A DNA stretch of 64,000 nt. It comes from Octopus sinensis. Lineage: Eukaryota. The notes below the pieces were generated by a model, which ran no database searches, had not been told where the DNA came from, and saw only the letters and a list, made by a program, of their open reading frames with translations. The translations under genes were made by a program, and so were the position numbers. The stretch is from assembly GCF_006345805.1 (NCBI RefSeq), contig NC_043014.1, positions 9,734,001 through 9,798,000 of the forward strand. Reading direction: 5' to 3'. Positions 13,326 through 26,339 of this stretch are shown here, piece after piece (position 1 is the stretch's first letter; each line of letters begins with the position of its first letter).

Positions 13326-14329
13326 TTTATTTATTTCTACTATGTCCACCTACATTGTTATAGATGCAAGTAAGGAAAAACGTTCTTGTAAATAGCAATG
13401 TTATTCAGTTAAAGGTTTCAGGGTATAAGTTTAATATATAGTAATTCTATGACCATATAATTCTTATCGCTTTAGTGTTATAATGTTGATATGTTTGGGG
13501 TTGTCTTTGTTACATTTAATTCAATGTTTTCTCTGATAGGTGTTTTGCCAGTTTCGGATAAAACCAAAAGCGAAACAGACGTTAAGACGAAGAGAGTAAA
13601 AAAGGTAGTCAGTACTTTCTTCAACTTATCTACGTCTTCCTGCCATCGTACGCTGATAAGCATACATACTTAAAGTTGCATACACACACAAACACATAAC
13701 AGTAGATATGAGAAGCGTTTCCGCAAAAGAAACAAATAGAATAATTACAGGACGTCTCTTAATTATCAAGTGGAAATTAAGACCGATCTCTTATCAGTGG
13801 GAGGTAATCTCAAGCATCGTGAACTTTTCAAGCTTCGGCAGGTGTTTTGTCTGGAGTTATTTCCAGCTGTCACCCTATGACAATTGTATAACTAAGAAAT
13901 TTGCTCTTCTACAGAGAGGGAAGACATTGGTCGTCTCCCAATTTTAAATGACTGTGACATAATAAAAGTAATTTACTAGTAAGTCGTAGAACATTATATA
14001 ACATAAACGAATATGTAGGTAACTGTTATAGGCAATTTGCCTAATTTTTAGGTTTATAGGCGCATGCCTGCGTATGTTTGTCTATCTGTCTGCATGTAGG
14101 TATGTATGTTATGTGCGTGTATCCGTGTCCATGCGCGTGCGTATGTGTGTATGTGTACATATTTATTTATATGTGTGTGTGTGTCTCTGTGTGCGTGTGT
14201 GTGTTTCTGTGTGTGTGTGTGTGTTTCTGTGTGTGTATGTGTGTGTGTGTGTGTGTGCGTGTGTCTGAGTGTGGTTCTGTATGCTATTTTGACAACTTCA
14301 CCAACAAATGTACACAAGAAATTCTCTCG

Positions 14330-14576
14330 GTTCTATATTTAAGAGATGAGGAATTATGTACGTTATTTACATTATTTACATTTGACGGATATTTGTCCTC
14401 ATCTTGTTTGTTGTGATCACAACGTTTCGGCTGATATACCCTCTAGCCATCATCAGGTTCGAAATTTCCCCAAGACACCTGATGAACGCTGGAGGGTATA
14501 TCAGCCGAAATGTTGTGTTAACAATGAACAAGATGAGGACAAATATCCGTCAAACGTAAATAATGTAAATAATGTA
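14330..14576. mobile_element. Fold-back mini-element family C with minimal hammerhead motif
   Basis: Arms 14359-14458 and 14477-14576; CTGATGA 14479-14485, GAAA 14507-14510; related copy at 53668-53790. Confidence 0.8.
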
Positions 14577-14687
14577 AAAGATACTTTATAAAAAATAAGT
14601 TGCTCTATGTATCATGTTGCGCATATTGGTCTTCGCATCTATTTGCGTTTTTGAAAAATCATAATTTAGTTAACTTTATACTGTGAG

Positions 14688-14992
14688 CGTGGAGGCGCGT
14701 GGCTTAATGGTTAGAGTATTAACATCATGATCGCAATATTGTGGTTTCGATTCCTGGACCGGGCGACGCTTTGTGTTCTTGAACAAAACACTTCATTTCA
14801 CGTTGCTCCAGTCCACTCAGCTTGCAAAAATGAGTGACGCTGCAATGGACTGGCGTCCCGCCCAGCTGGGGAACACATACGCCATTGAAACCGAGAAAAC
14901 GGGCCCATGAGCCTGACAAGGCTTTAAAGGAGCGCACTTGTGGAGGCACGCCATAGAAACACATACGCATGGCTAGGCTTCAAAAAGGGCGA
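14688..14992 (+). mobile_element. tRNA-derived CORE-type SINE with V-domain-like 3' part
   Basis: A-box tggcttaatgg, B-box gtttcgattcc, CORE-like segment shared with 63536-63600, then atggactggcgtccc. Confidence 0.75.
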
Positions 14993-15314
14993 ATTTATTT
15001 CATTATTATACCGTGAGCATTTATTTATGTCTAAACAAATTTCAAACAATATACGCCTTAAGTATATATTAAGTATTTCAAGATGGGTTAATTCATGAGT
15101 ACTTGAAAATTAACTAAAAGTGACAGAACTGCCATCCGAAATCGCTATGGATCTTCTTTACAAAGAATCTTTTAACAATATAACTTCCCTCACAAAGTAC
15201 ACAGACCCATTTTACATGTTCCTCAGAATATTTAATTTCACTTTTAATTAAATCCATGTACATAATTGAATTTTTATATTTAACCATGTACTAAATTTAT
15301 ACTATACACACACT

Positions 15315-15345
<31 letters not shown>

Positions 15346-15369
15346 GGCACACACACATGTACATATATG

Positions 15370-15562
15370 TGTACCGTTGGCAATTTTTTCCCCTCTGTCT
15401 TCCCTTCTCTGGATCTTTCCTTCTCCTATGTTTCCGACGAAGAGCTCCGCTCGAAACGTTGAACCCTCCTTCTTTCCTTGTCTTCTGAGCGTCCAATAAT
15501 ACTATATTTGTTCCACGTCCTCGCGTTGTTGTGTTTTTTTGTGCTTTCTTGTTTGGATTAAC
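15370..15562 (+). mobile_element. Mini-element family D with hammerhead-like fold
   Basis: gttt CCGACGA a gagc-tcc-gctc GAAAC GTT gaac (15430-15464); ends in (TA)n. Confidence 0.6.
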
Positions 15563-15596
15563 TATATATATATATATATATATACTTACTTATGTA

Positions 15597-16103
15597 TTTG
15601 ATTTTTGATTTTGATTTATCCAGTTTCAGCTCATGAGCTGTGGGCATGCTGGGGCACCGCCATTTGGTTTGCTACATGATTTTACCTCACGAATGCTTTT
15701 TAGCAAGTGCCATTTGGTGCATAAGAGAGTGCGATGCAGCTGCCCTCATCTGTACCTCCTGCTGTGAAGTTGGTTCATCCGGGACACCTGACAGGAAGAG
15801 ATCCAGTCCTACTTTAAAGACATCCGCATCTACACCATGCAGGTCCCTCAGGTTCTTCGGGAGCATATTGAGGAGCTGTGGGCCTCTGAAACCCAGGCTA
15901 TCACAGTATCTTGTCCTACATCTTGATGGCAAATTTGGAGTCCTTGGTACCACGCAGTGGCGCCCGGTTCTGGCATTTGTGTGACTCTCGATGCCAAAGT
16001 TTGGGACAAGTCCTTCCAGGATCTTCCAGATGTATATTATGGCATATCTTTCTCGCTTACGCTCCAAGGAATAGAGTTTTAATCTCTTGAGTCTTTCCCA
16101 GTA
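15597..16103 (-). pseudogene. 5'-truncated CR1-group LINE (ORF2 C-terminus plus 3' UTR)
   Basis: YWERLKRLKLYSLERKRERYAIIYIWKILEGLVPN...FKVGLDLFLSGVPDEP; tail stem-loop and (aatcaa)n-type terminal repeat. Confidence 0.85.
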
Positions 16104-16742
16104 TGTATGTAGAAATTTTAATTTAAATGTACGTGTCCAAGAGTTTATACATATTCATCACATGATCCATATGTATATTATTGTTCAACAAACACATAAC
16201 CTACATCCATTAATTTTTTTTTATTTTCTCCAATTATTTTTTATTTCGAATTTTCAGTTCTCGTTCTCTCTCCCAACCTGTTTCCAATTGCGAGAGTCAA
16301 AAATTTATCAAATGAGATGAAAGCATTTGTTCAACATCTAATCAAAACTTACTTTGATATTCAAATCATTTCTACGCGATATTTTATACGGAAGTTTCAT
16401 TGTTGTATTGATTGCAATCGGTCGATGATCGAAAATGAGTATCGGGAACTAACGATATGAAATGTGTTCTGTTCTCAATAAATTATACATACATATATTT
16501 TCATATATATATATATATTATATATATATATATATATATACATATACACGCGCACGCACACATAGACACACATATATATAAATATGTATATATATATACA
16601 TATACATATATACGCGCACGCACACATAGACACACATATATATAAATATGTATATTTATATATATATATATGTGTATATATATATATGTGTATATATATA
16701 TGTATATATATATATATATATATACGTATATATAATATAATG

Positions 16743-16775
<33 letters not shown>

Positions 16776-16786
16776 GTGTATATATG

Positions 16787-16871
<85 letters not shown>

Positions 16872-16875
16872 TATG

Positions 16876-16912
<37 letters not shown>

Positions 16913-16991
16913 GTGTGTGTGTATATATATATATGTATATATATATGTATATATATATATAATATGTATATATATATATATATATATATGG

Positions 16992-17063
<72 letters not shown>

Positions 17064-17970
17064 GTGTGTGTGTGTTAAACATATATGACATATTATATAT
17101 GATTAGTTTATGTATCATATTTATGCATATACGTATGTATAACTATTTATCTATATTATATATATATGTGTGTGCGTGTGTGTATATATATATATATATA
17201 TATAGGGAGAGTATATATATGTGTGTATATATACATTTATATATTTACATTTATGTATATTTATATATGTACGAGTGTGCATGTGTTTGTGTGTGCTAGT
17301 GTAATCGTAAATTTACAATGCAGCATACGTAAATATCTTAATTTATTAGCCAGGAATAAGTAACAGACTGAAATAGAGAAGTTAGGTGCAGAGTGCAAAA
17401 TGAGGCTAAAGTAAAAAACAAAACAAAAAAAAAACAAAAACATAATGTTGAAAGACAAAAATAATAAAAAAAAAAACAAGTGGCAAACTTGATTAGAGAA
17501 CCATAAATTATGGAATCGCGAATCTAATACGATATGGAAAAAGGAAAAAAAAAATACATTGCTAATTAATTTCGTTTTAACAATAATGCTTTTTCGCGCC
17601 GTGGAACGCGTATATATTGATTGATCTTTTAATGAAATCCAGCGCGGTTATATCAATAAATTATAGGAGGCAAGTTATACATTTATAACAATATCGTATG
17701 CTTTAGGCTTTTTTTTTCCTGTTTGTCATTCATGGAATAATTTATTTATATGATTTCCATTTTAGTTATCCGACATTTTATTGACGCTCAGCAAAAGTCA
17801 GCTGTGCGATTCTTTACGTATGTAAATTTCTCCGCAGCCATGCAAAATTATCCTCAGACCCAAATTAACCTGGTTTACTCTAACCATGTTTTCCTGCTTG
17901 TGTAATGTATGTATGTATATATATTATATATATATTTATACATATATATCTATAATATACATATATATAT

Positions 17971-18021
<51 letters not shown>

Positions 18022-18184
18022 ACATATATATACGTATGTGTATGAGTGTGTATATATGCGCACACACTCTTATACATGCAACATTTATAAATGTAAATAG
18101 ATGTGTAGATAGCGAGTGACAGAGATAGAAAGACTGATGCTTTGTGAGCAAATTTGGGAGCTGAATATCGCGTTATACCCTGAG

Positions 18185-18240
<56 letters not shown>

Positions 18241-18350
18241 GTATATATATATATATATATATATACGTATAATATATATATATATATATATACATATATA
18301 TACATACGTATATATATATATATATACAATAAATATATATATATATATAC

Positions 18351-18383
<33 letters not shown>

Positions 18384-18392
18384 ATTATATAA

Positions 18393-19632
18393 ACTTGATA
18401 CTTTGATACTTTGATAGGTTTCGGCCATTTTGGCCAGGCCATGTCTAACTTAATAGCACCACCTGGTGAAGTCTTTCAAGTCAGAATTTGGGCACTATGG
18501 CCCACTCAAGTAGAGAGTTATTGTTTACAGAGACATATCCGGGTGTAGGTGTAGGGGGGTTTATCCGGGATTTCTTGAAGGAATCTGTCCAAAGACTTCT
18601 TGAACCCTATAGGGTCAGTTTCTGTTTTAATGTGTTTTGGGTAATGTTAAAGAGAGCGGGGCCAATTGAGGTGAAATAATTGTGCCGTATTGTTGTTATG
18701 AGATGAGAGTGCGATTTTTGTTTTGGGCGGATGGCACGGGCCCAAGCCTTGGATGTACCTTAAAGGTGATGCCAACATAATTTGGGCAATGCTGATGGAT
18801 ATTTTCCACATCATGCAGATGATGTAGCGCTCACGACGACGTTGGAGAGAATAGAGTTTTAGCTTTTCTAGTCGACCCCAATAGTCGAGGCCTGTCATGC
18901 CATCTATCTTTTTTGTGATTGCCCTTTGAGGTGCTTCAACTTTTATGATACCTTGTATTGTGTGGGGAGACCACAGTGGACAACAGTATTCAAGGTGGGG
19001 TCGGGCAAAAGTGGAGAAGAGAAGGATAATGGTGTGGATATCTCTCGACTGGAAAGTTCTGAGAATCCAGGAACACATTCTGCGGGCCATGTCAACTTTG
19101 GTGTTTATATGAGTGGCCCAGCTTACGTTGTTGTCCACAATTACTCCCAAGTCTCTGATGTTGTTGGACGCCGCGAGAGTTTCACCTGAAGGAAGGGAGT
19201 ATGGGAGTTTCAGGGCATCCTCTTTCCAAAGTGGATTAGCTCAAATTATCCTCGTTCAGCAGCATATTGTTTTTTTCTGCCCATTGGATAACAGCCAGTA
19301 GATCTGACTGAAGGCATGTCCGGTCACTCGCCTCATTTATGACCTTCTGTAGCTTGGAGTCATCTGCAAAGATTTTTATGTTGCTGTGCTTGATGATGTC
19401 ATTAATGTCATTAATGTAAATGATGAAAAGAAGTGGCCCAGCACAGTGCCTTGCGGAACGCCACTACTGACTTTGGCTGGGCTTGATTTTACCCCTTCAA
19501 CTACAACATGTTGAGATCTGTCTGTCAGGAAACACTTAATCCATTCAGTAACTTTCCAGAGACACCAATGTTGGATAGTTTTTTCAATAGGATCTTGTGA
19601 TCGACTCTGTCGAAGGCCTTACTGAAATAAAG
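18393..19632 (-). pseudogene. 5'-truncated CR1-group LINE with RT domain
   Basis: [21 protein letters not shown] (~19360-19371), RPHLEYCCPLWSP and YSLQRRRERY; (tatcaaag)n terminal repeat; frameshifts. Confidence 0.92.
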
Positions 19633-19652
19633 GTATATATATATATATACTT

Positions 19653-19689
<37 letters not shown>

Positions 19690-19710
19690 TATATATATAT
19701 ATATATACTT

Positions 19711-19741
<31 letters not shown>

Positions 19742-19851
19742 GTATATATATACTTTATAGATATACATATAATATATATACTTTATATATATATATACAT
19801 ATATATATACATTATATATATATATACATATATATACATATAATACATATA

Positions 19852-19901
<50 letters not shown>

Positions 19902-19928
19902 TTTGTTTGTCTTCTTGTCGAGAGAGCT

Positions 19929-20024
19929 TCTTTTCTTTCCTGATGAGAGTAGATTGCATAATGCACCCTTATTCCTTCGGAATGAGAATATGCTGTCTTC
20001 GAAACATGTGTCGAGAGTAAAGGA
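19929..20024 (+). ncRNA. Type I hammerhead ribozyme (intact core) in mini-element family A (19898-20068)
   Basis: CTGATGA 19940-19946, GAAAC 20001-20005, GTC 20010-20012; stem I 11 of 12 pairs (two or more G-U); bulged stem II; palindromic ACATGT stem III. Confidence 0.8.
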
Positions 20025-20274
20025 ATTTTGTTAACATCTTCGTTCAACTCCATTCTTTCATTTATTCATATATATATATATGTATGTATGTATATACACA
20101 TGTACATGTATGTGTGTGTGTATATATCTGTATGTATGTTTAAAATAGTTAGATCCATAGGTGTATATATATATACATCAATATATATATATATATATAT
20201 ATATAACACCACAGGGTGGTATTCCTATACATTGTATCATATACATCATATATATTATATATATATATTATATA

Positions 20275-20654
20275 TATATATATAAACGGTAGTTTGTCTG
20301 TGTGTGTTTCTGTGTGTCTGTTTGTTGTACCCTCACTCTGACCACGGCTTTCAACCGATTCTGATGAAACTTGTGACACACACATAGCCCAATGTCATAA
20401 TTCAAAACTAACACAGCGAAAATTTTGAAAAGTTCCCCCAGTTCTGAAAAAGATCGATAAATTCGACATGGGGTCGACAATCAGAAACACAAACCACAGA
20501 TGGTCTAGGGACGCAACTCGACCTTTTTAACTATCAAAAAAAATTTACCATCATTTTTTTTCCCATTTTTTGCTATATATTTTGGCTATAACTCTCTAAA
20601 AATGCTTATAGTTATTTCCTTACAAACCCGAGCAACGCCAGGCGATACTGGTAG
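20275..20654 (+). mobile_element. Non-autonomous Helitron
   Basis: 3' hairpin cccgagcaacgccagg and (C>G)TAG|T end; body shared with 56199-56568. Confidence 0.8.
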
Positions 20655-20686
<32 letters not shown>

Positions 20687-21369
20687 GTATGTGTGTGTGT
20701 ATCTCTGTATGTATGTTTACAATAGTTAGATCCATAGGTATATATATATATATATATATATATTGAAATATATGAATACAATGTATAGGAATACCACCCT
20801 GTTCTCGTAACTTCGGTAGGAAGACCCTTAAGATAAATAGCAAACACAAATATTATGAAATATCGGTGTTAAATTGTTTGAGAAACATCTTCAAGCTGCT
20901 GCTCAAGCATGGCCGCAGTCCTCTGATAGAAAGAAGTAAGTAAAGAAACTGTTAATTCGTGTCTCATGTTACCGAACATCAGACAAAATGCGAACTCGCT
21001 TTTTGTAGCAATACAACGGTTTTAAATTATTTTAAATGGTGCAATGAATATTATCCGCAATTAATGTAATCAATATTTCAAGATGACTGAGCAGGTGTTA
21101 CGATATTAATAAAATTAATAAAGTATTTGGACCATTGACAAAAAAAAAAAAAAAAAAGAATTATCAAAAACTGGGAAAATAAAGTTTAAGAAAATCGAAT
21201 CGTTATGCGACGCCACACTTATAATTTTTGCAGCCTAAATATATCGGGAAAAATTAATTATAGATGTTATGAAACACAACTGGAGAATTCAAAATTAAAA
21301 TGCTGTTAAAAAACATTAATTCCAAAGAGAGTAAAGGTAAAAACAGAAAGGGGCAAAGTAAATATATAT

Positions 21370-22682
21370 CAGATTACCCCATAAGTTCTGTTCGATTTTT
21401 CCGGTTTTTAAAATTGAATGAAATTTAATAGTATTTTAGAATGTCTAATGGAATTAAAAGCTACTTTTATGAATTTGTGTACATTTAAACTAATTAAATA
21501 TATTTTCTGATGATCTTTCTACTTATGTCATCGCAGAGTATACACGCAGCAAGTATAGATGGGCTGGACACGTCGCCCGGCTCACCGATAATCGGTGGAC
21601 GCACGCAGATGTCGAGTGGTACCCGCGTGAGCGGAAAAGACCACTCGAAAGACCTCCACGACGGTGGAGTTACGATTTCAGGAAGATCACGTGGATGAGA
21701 AAGGCGCGATCCAGAGAGGAGTGCACAGCGTGCTGTGACCAGCGGTGTCAAATGGACGCCTGACGGACTGGTCGGTCAAGGGGATCAAGGTGAAGGTGAA
21801 ATATATTTTACAGAACAGAATTAAAATTTATTTTATTAAAACCTTTTCTAACATGGAAGTATCCATAAGCATTTAAGGCACTTAATGCTTTATGAATAAA
21901 AAAAAAAGGAAACTCTACAGCCGAAGCGACTCAAAACATATACTCATTTTATGGGAAAGAATGCTTGAATGAAAAAAATTGCAGAAGATGGTTTCAGCCT
22001 TGAAGATGAAGATCGAACAGGACGTCCAGTTGAGTTTGATGATAAGCTCCTTGAGGCATTACTGAAGAAAATCCTGCATTATCAGTTTAAGAATTGGCAA
22101 TAAAGCTTAGTTCAAACCATACAACTGTTCGTCGTCATCTTCAACAACTTGGAAATGTTCCTAAACTTGGAAAATGGGGGTCTCATGCATGGTCCGAAAG
22201 CAACCAAAAATCCCGAGTTGACATTTGCTCTTCTCTCCATCCTCACGAACTCATTTCACCCTTTCTGGATAGACTTGTGATTGGTGACGATAAATGGATC
22301 ATCTATCGAAACGTTAAACGTTGTAAACAGTGGCTTGATAAAAGGGAAAACGCTCAACCACAACCAAGAAGGGAACTTGGTTGTGATTGAAAAAGGTTGT
22401 GGAAGGGAAAAAAGGTTCTTCTCTCTATGTGGGGAGATTGCAAGGAGTAATTCACTTTGAATCGTAACCACCAAACGCTACAATCAATGCTCAAGTCTAC
22501 TGTCAGCAATTAGAGCTTTTCAACCAAGCTTTGAAGAAAAAAAGACCCGCTTTAGAAAATCGAAAAGGAGTGATATTTCATCAGGACAATGCGCGACCCC
22601 AAAGATCACATCACAGAAGATCGAAGAGCTAGGTTGGCAAAAAATTCCTCATCCACCTTACTCTCCTGACCTTGCTCCTTCA
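21370..22682 (+). pseudogene. Decayed mariner element; transposase remnant ~21852-22682
   Basis: GKWGSHAWS (WVPHEL), IGDDKWI, FHQDNARP and HPPYSPDLAPS; stops and frameshifts. Confidence 0.92.
21507..21798 (+). mobile_element. RTE-clade LINE 3' end inserted in the mariner leader
   Basis: KYRWAGHVARLTDNRWT...WYPRERKRPLERPPRRW; 11-bp TSD aaatatatttt at 21496-21506 and 21799-21809. Confidence 0.9.
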
Positions 22683-23199
22683 GTTTTTTCTTCCCCCTAC
22701 CCATTGTGCAGCGGTATTCTACAAGCGTGCAAAACTATGAATTTAACTTGAACTGCGCAAAATAATCACAAATTGTTACCAGTTGATGCATTTCATGTCC
22801 CTGAACATCAAGACCAGTCTTTCGAACTAATCTAGAGATCAAACTACTTTTCAATTGAACAGTATATAACAAATATTTTCTCATTTGCGATGAGTTAGTC
22901 TGTACTGAGGCTTAATGTGTGTTAGACGATGCCAATGACCGCTTGGTTACTTTGAAACATAACAAAATCAATTTACAGATTTACCAGTCTTTTAGGCTCA
23001 CGCACCGTTGGGAAATCGAACAGAGAGCGAATTCCACGAAACATAAAGAGTTAAGCATAATTAAACTTGTATCAGAGTATAGACATTCTTCAAACAAGTT
23101 TGCATTCAGCTCATTTGCCTTCTTTTAACAACTAGAAAATCATCACACACACACACACACACACACACCACACACACACACAAACATACACACACTCAC

Positions 23200-23227
<28 letters not shown>

Positions 23228-23230
<3 letters not shown>

Positions 23231-23340
23231 GCCTGCTCGCTTAGCCAGCGGGTTGGCGTCACTTGAAAGTTAAAACAATACGAAGCGCATTGTGACCAGC
23301 GATGTGTAGCAACATCTGATAGCCCGCTCGGTCACGGTGA
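23228..23340 (+). mobile_element. Family H short element
   Basis: Matches 6603-6724; lies in (TA)n. Confidence 0.8.
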
Positions 23341-23431
23341 TATATATATATATATACACGCGCACACAGAAGAGCACATATACACACATGCATACACACG
23401 CATGCACACATTATATATATATATATATACA

Positions 23432-23810
23432 CACTACCGTCAGAAATTAATTAGCACCCTTGATTTGCTCTTCACTCAAGGTATGTGCTGTCACCTAGTG
23501 GCCATATCTCGAACTATTGCTTTGTTGCGAGTTCACTGTTGCGCAGAACGATGACGTAACTTTGTTTGCAGAGCAGTTTGAGAGTCTACAGCCTTATGAT
23601 GTTGACATAGCAGTGCAACAACAACTTGGAGTGCGGTGCAGACAAATCTTCCTTTGTTTAATAGATATAGGTAGCGCCTCGCAAGGACCGAAATCACACC
23701 ATACTAAGTTTTCTCATCGCGTAAGACGTTTTGAACAGCTCATAGGTTAATTGATTTAACCTATTTAATGTAGAAACTTGAGAAGTGCTAATTAATTTCT
23801 GACGCAAGTG
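23432..23810. mobile_element. Tc1-like MITE
   Basis: TIRs cactaccgtcagaaattaattagcac / gtgctaattaatttctgacgcaagtg; TA on the right flank. Confidence 0.75.
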
Positions 23811-25493
23811 TATAGAGATAAGTGTGAGCATCTAGGTCTCAACGAATGTATATACGTTGTAATGTAGGCGTGTTTATGCGTAACTTTTCTTGATTGCCGA
23901 AGAATCGGTGAATTATTGAACTCAATATATAAATGCAGATTATTCTTGAAGGCATTATACTGGAAAGGCAAGCAATTTCCAAATACCATGATTTTCTTCT
24001 TTCTAAAGCTGTACCTCTTCTCTTATGAATTTTGTTTCGTTTGAATATATTTCTATACGTTATATGAAAGTTTCCAAGCAAAAATTATCTTCATTGTTTT
24101 GATGGAGACGCATTAAATCGTGCGAATATTTTGTAATTATGACAATCACCATTTCATTTCTGATTCACGTGTGAATATCCTGTACCTCTTTTAACTTTTC
24201 ATGTTATGCTGATTTTAAACCTCATGCACGTATAGTCACTTTAAAACTGTTTTATAATCAACATTTGACAAACAGTTGTTTCAAAAGCCGTTCAAAATCA
24301 ACCTTTATTTTTTCCTCTGAAACAAGTAAAAAATTAAAACTGCTAGTTACTTACATCTACGCTAACAATGTGCTAATAATTCCGTTTTACTTTCTTAAAT
24401 TGTTGATTCTCTGGAGCAAAATTCATAATATTTTACTCAAATAAGTTTCAATGAAATGTTTGAATCAGAGCTGGTGTTCCTGTATTGTTGCACATTATCT
24501 ACAACTTACCAGGAAATTTTGAATTCATAAGGATTTGCCTCAGCCAAAAGCCACATACATTTGATTAATTGCTAAACTTAGATTATGAATGACTACATAT
24601 AAAAACAATTCGTAATGTCAATTCATATGCGCCAATATGCGCCAATTCATATGCGGCATATGTCAATTCATATGCGCCAAAGATTATGGAAATTTAGTTC
24701 CTACCTTAGTGCTATATACAATAGACTTTACCATATAAAAGGCAATTGTTACGAATTCTGAAGTTGCATGATTGGTGTTCATCGACTACGTTCTAAACCG
24801 ATTTCCTTTAATCTTGCGAAAATTATAGTTTCTAATATTATACGTGAAAGTATAACAATTTAAATAACAGGCATAGGGTTCTTACTTACGCAGTGGCAGA
24901 AATTTGTAATATACTAATTTGAAAATTTCACTATGTTAGTTCTTACCAATAGACTAAATACCTTGTTGTATATTAAAAATGTACGGTTTAAATTCTTTCT
25001 CTTACTATTCCACTTACGTAACTAAATTTATCAGAGAATTTACTATTTCTAGTGCTTCTCTATAATATACAGCCACCTCCGTATAACTATTTTCCCTGGA
25101 AGATTTCCAGCAAAAACTTTATCTAATGCTGTTTACTATCTCCCTCAAGATATTGTGAGGTTGATTTGATTGCATGTGTATGTATGCTAATTAGACGCAC
25201 AGTTTCGGATATAGCTTGAAAACTACTATTTAGTATTCACAAAGCTGTATCGAGAAAGTAAATAGAAGTTATGAGTGAGAAACAGAAAGGATGGAGACCA
25301 AAGTACGTGACAAATACAATAGCAAGTGAAAGAAAAAGAGGGAAAGAATGATGAAAAATCTGTCAGATTGCATTTTGTAACTGAAATGATTGTGGGATAG
25401 GGTTAAGTATTTTATATTTTAACGTTTTTTTTTTTCGTGAAGAGAAGAAAATAAAATATCATTACGTTTATTTAAGCTAGTCATTGGAGTCAA

Positions 25494-25626
25494 AAATCAC
25501 TCACAAGGCTTTGATCGGTGTGAGGCTCTAGTAGAAGACACTTGCCCAAGATGCCACGCAGTGGGACTGAACTCGGAACTATGTGATTGAGAAGCAAGAT
25601 TCTTACCACACAGCCACGCCTGCGCC
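25494..25626 (-). mobile_element. SINE family 2, head fragment
   Basis: Matches the 5' third of the family. Confidence 0.8.
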
Positions 25627-25924
25627 CACACACGTCGCACAAAAGCTTCAGTCGCTGCCTCCACATGTTGCATTCCTCTGCTTTTGCAGTTATACTTAAA
25701 TGGTTCGTAGGATTTCCCAATCCTCAATCCTTTAAACAGCATACAAAATTTGACAGCAAAATGCAGTTGTATTTCTTCCGGAGATTGACCGAACACATTT
25801 GCGACAGACACGGGTCACTGAATAGGTATTTCTGATCAGATAACCATATATAAATTGGACCAGTCTGCGTCTGAAGCATCTGATTATTTGATCACCCTCT
25901 CGAAACCGTTATATATATATTAGT

Positions 25925-26339
25925 CTTTACTCTTTACTCTTTTACTTGTTCAGTCATTTGACTGCGGCCATGCTGGAGCACCACCTTTAATCGAGCAACT
26001 CGACCCGGGACTTATTCTTTGTAAGCCCATTACTTATTCTATCGGTCTCTTGTGTCGAACCGCTAAGTGACGGGGATATAAACACACCAGCATCGGTTGT
26101 CAAGCAATACTAGGGGGGACAAACACAGACACACAAACACACACGCATATATATATATATACATATATACATATGTACGACGGGCTTCTTTCAGTTTCCG
26201 TCTACCAAATCCACTCGCAAGGTTTTGGTCGGCCCGAGGCTATAGCAGAAGACACTTGCCCAATGTGCCACGCAGTGGGACTGAACCCGGAACCATGTGG
26301 TTGGTAAGCAAGCTACTTACCACACAGCCACTCCTGCGC
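25925..26339 (-). mobile_element. SINE family 2, full length
   Basis: Head to tail intact. Confidence 0.92.

Noticed and set aside
13478-13663. 61-aa ORF with a hydrophobic stretch
   Set aside because: Short, no homology recognised, and hydrophobic runs are expected in T-rich DNA.
20361-20372. CTGATGAAAC inside a Helitron as a hammerhead
   Set aside because: No room for stem II and no matching stems I or III.
23490-23503. CTCF-like motif (ccactaggtgac on the minus strand)
   Set aside because: A single short match inside a MITE; cannot be supported.
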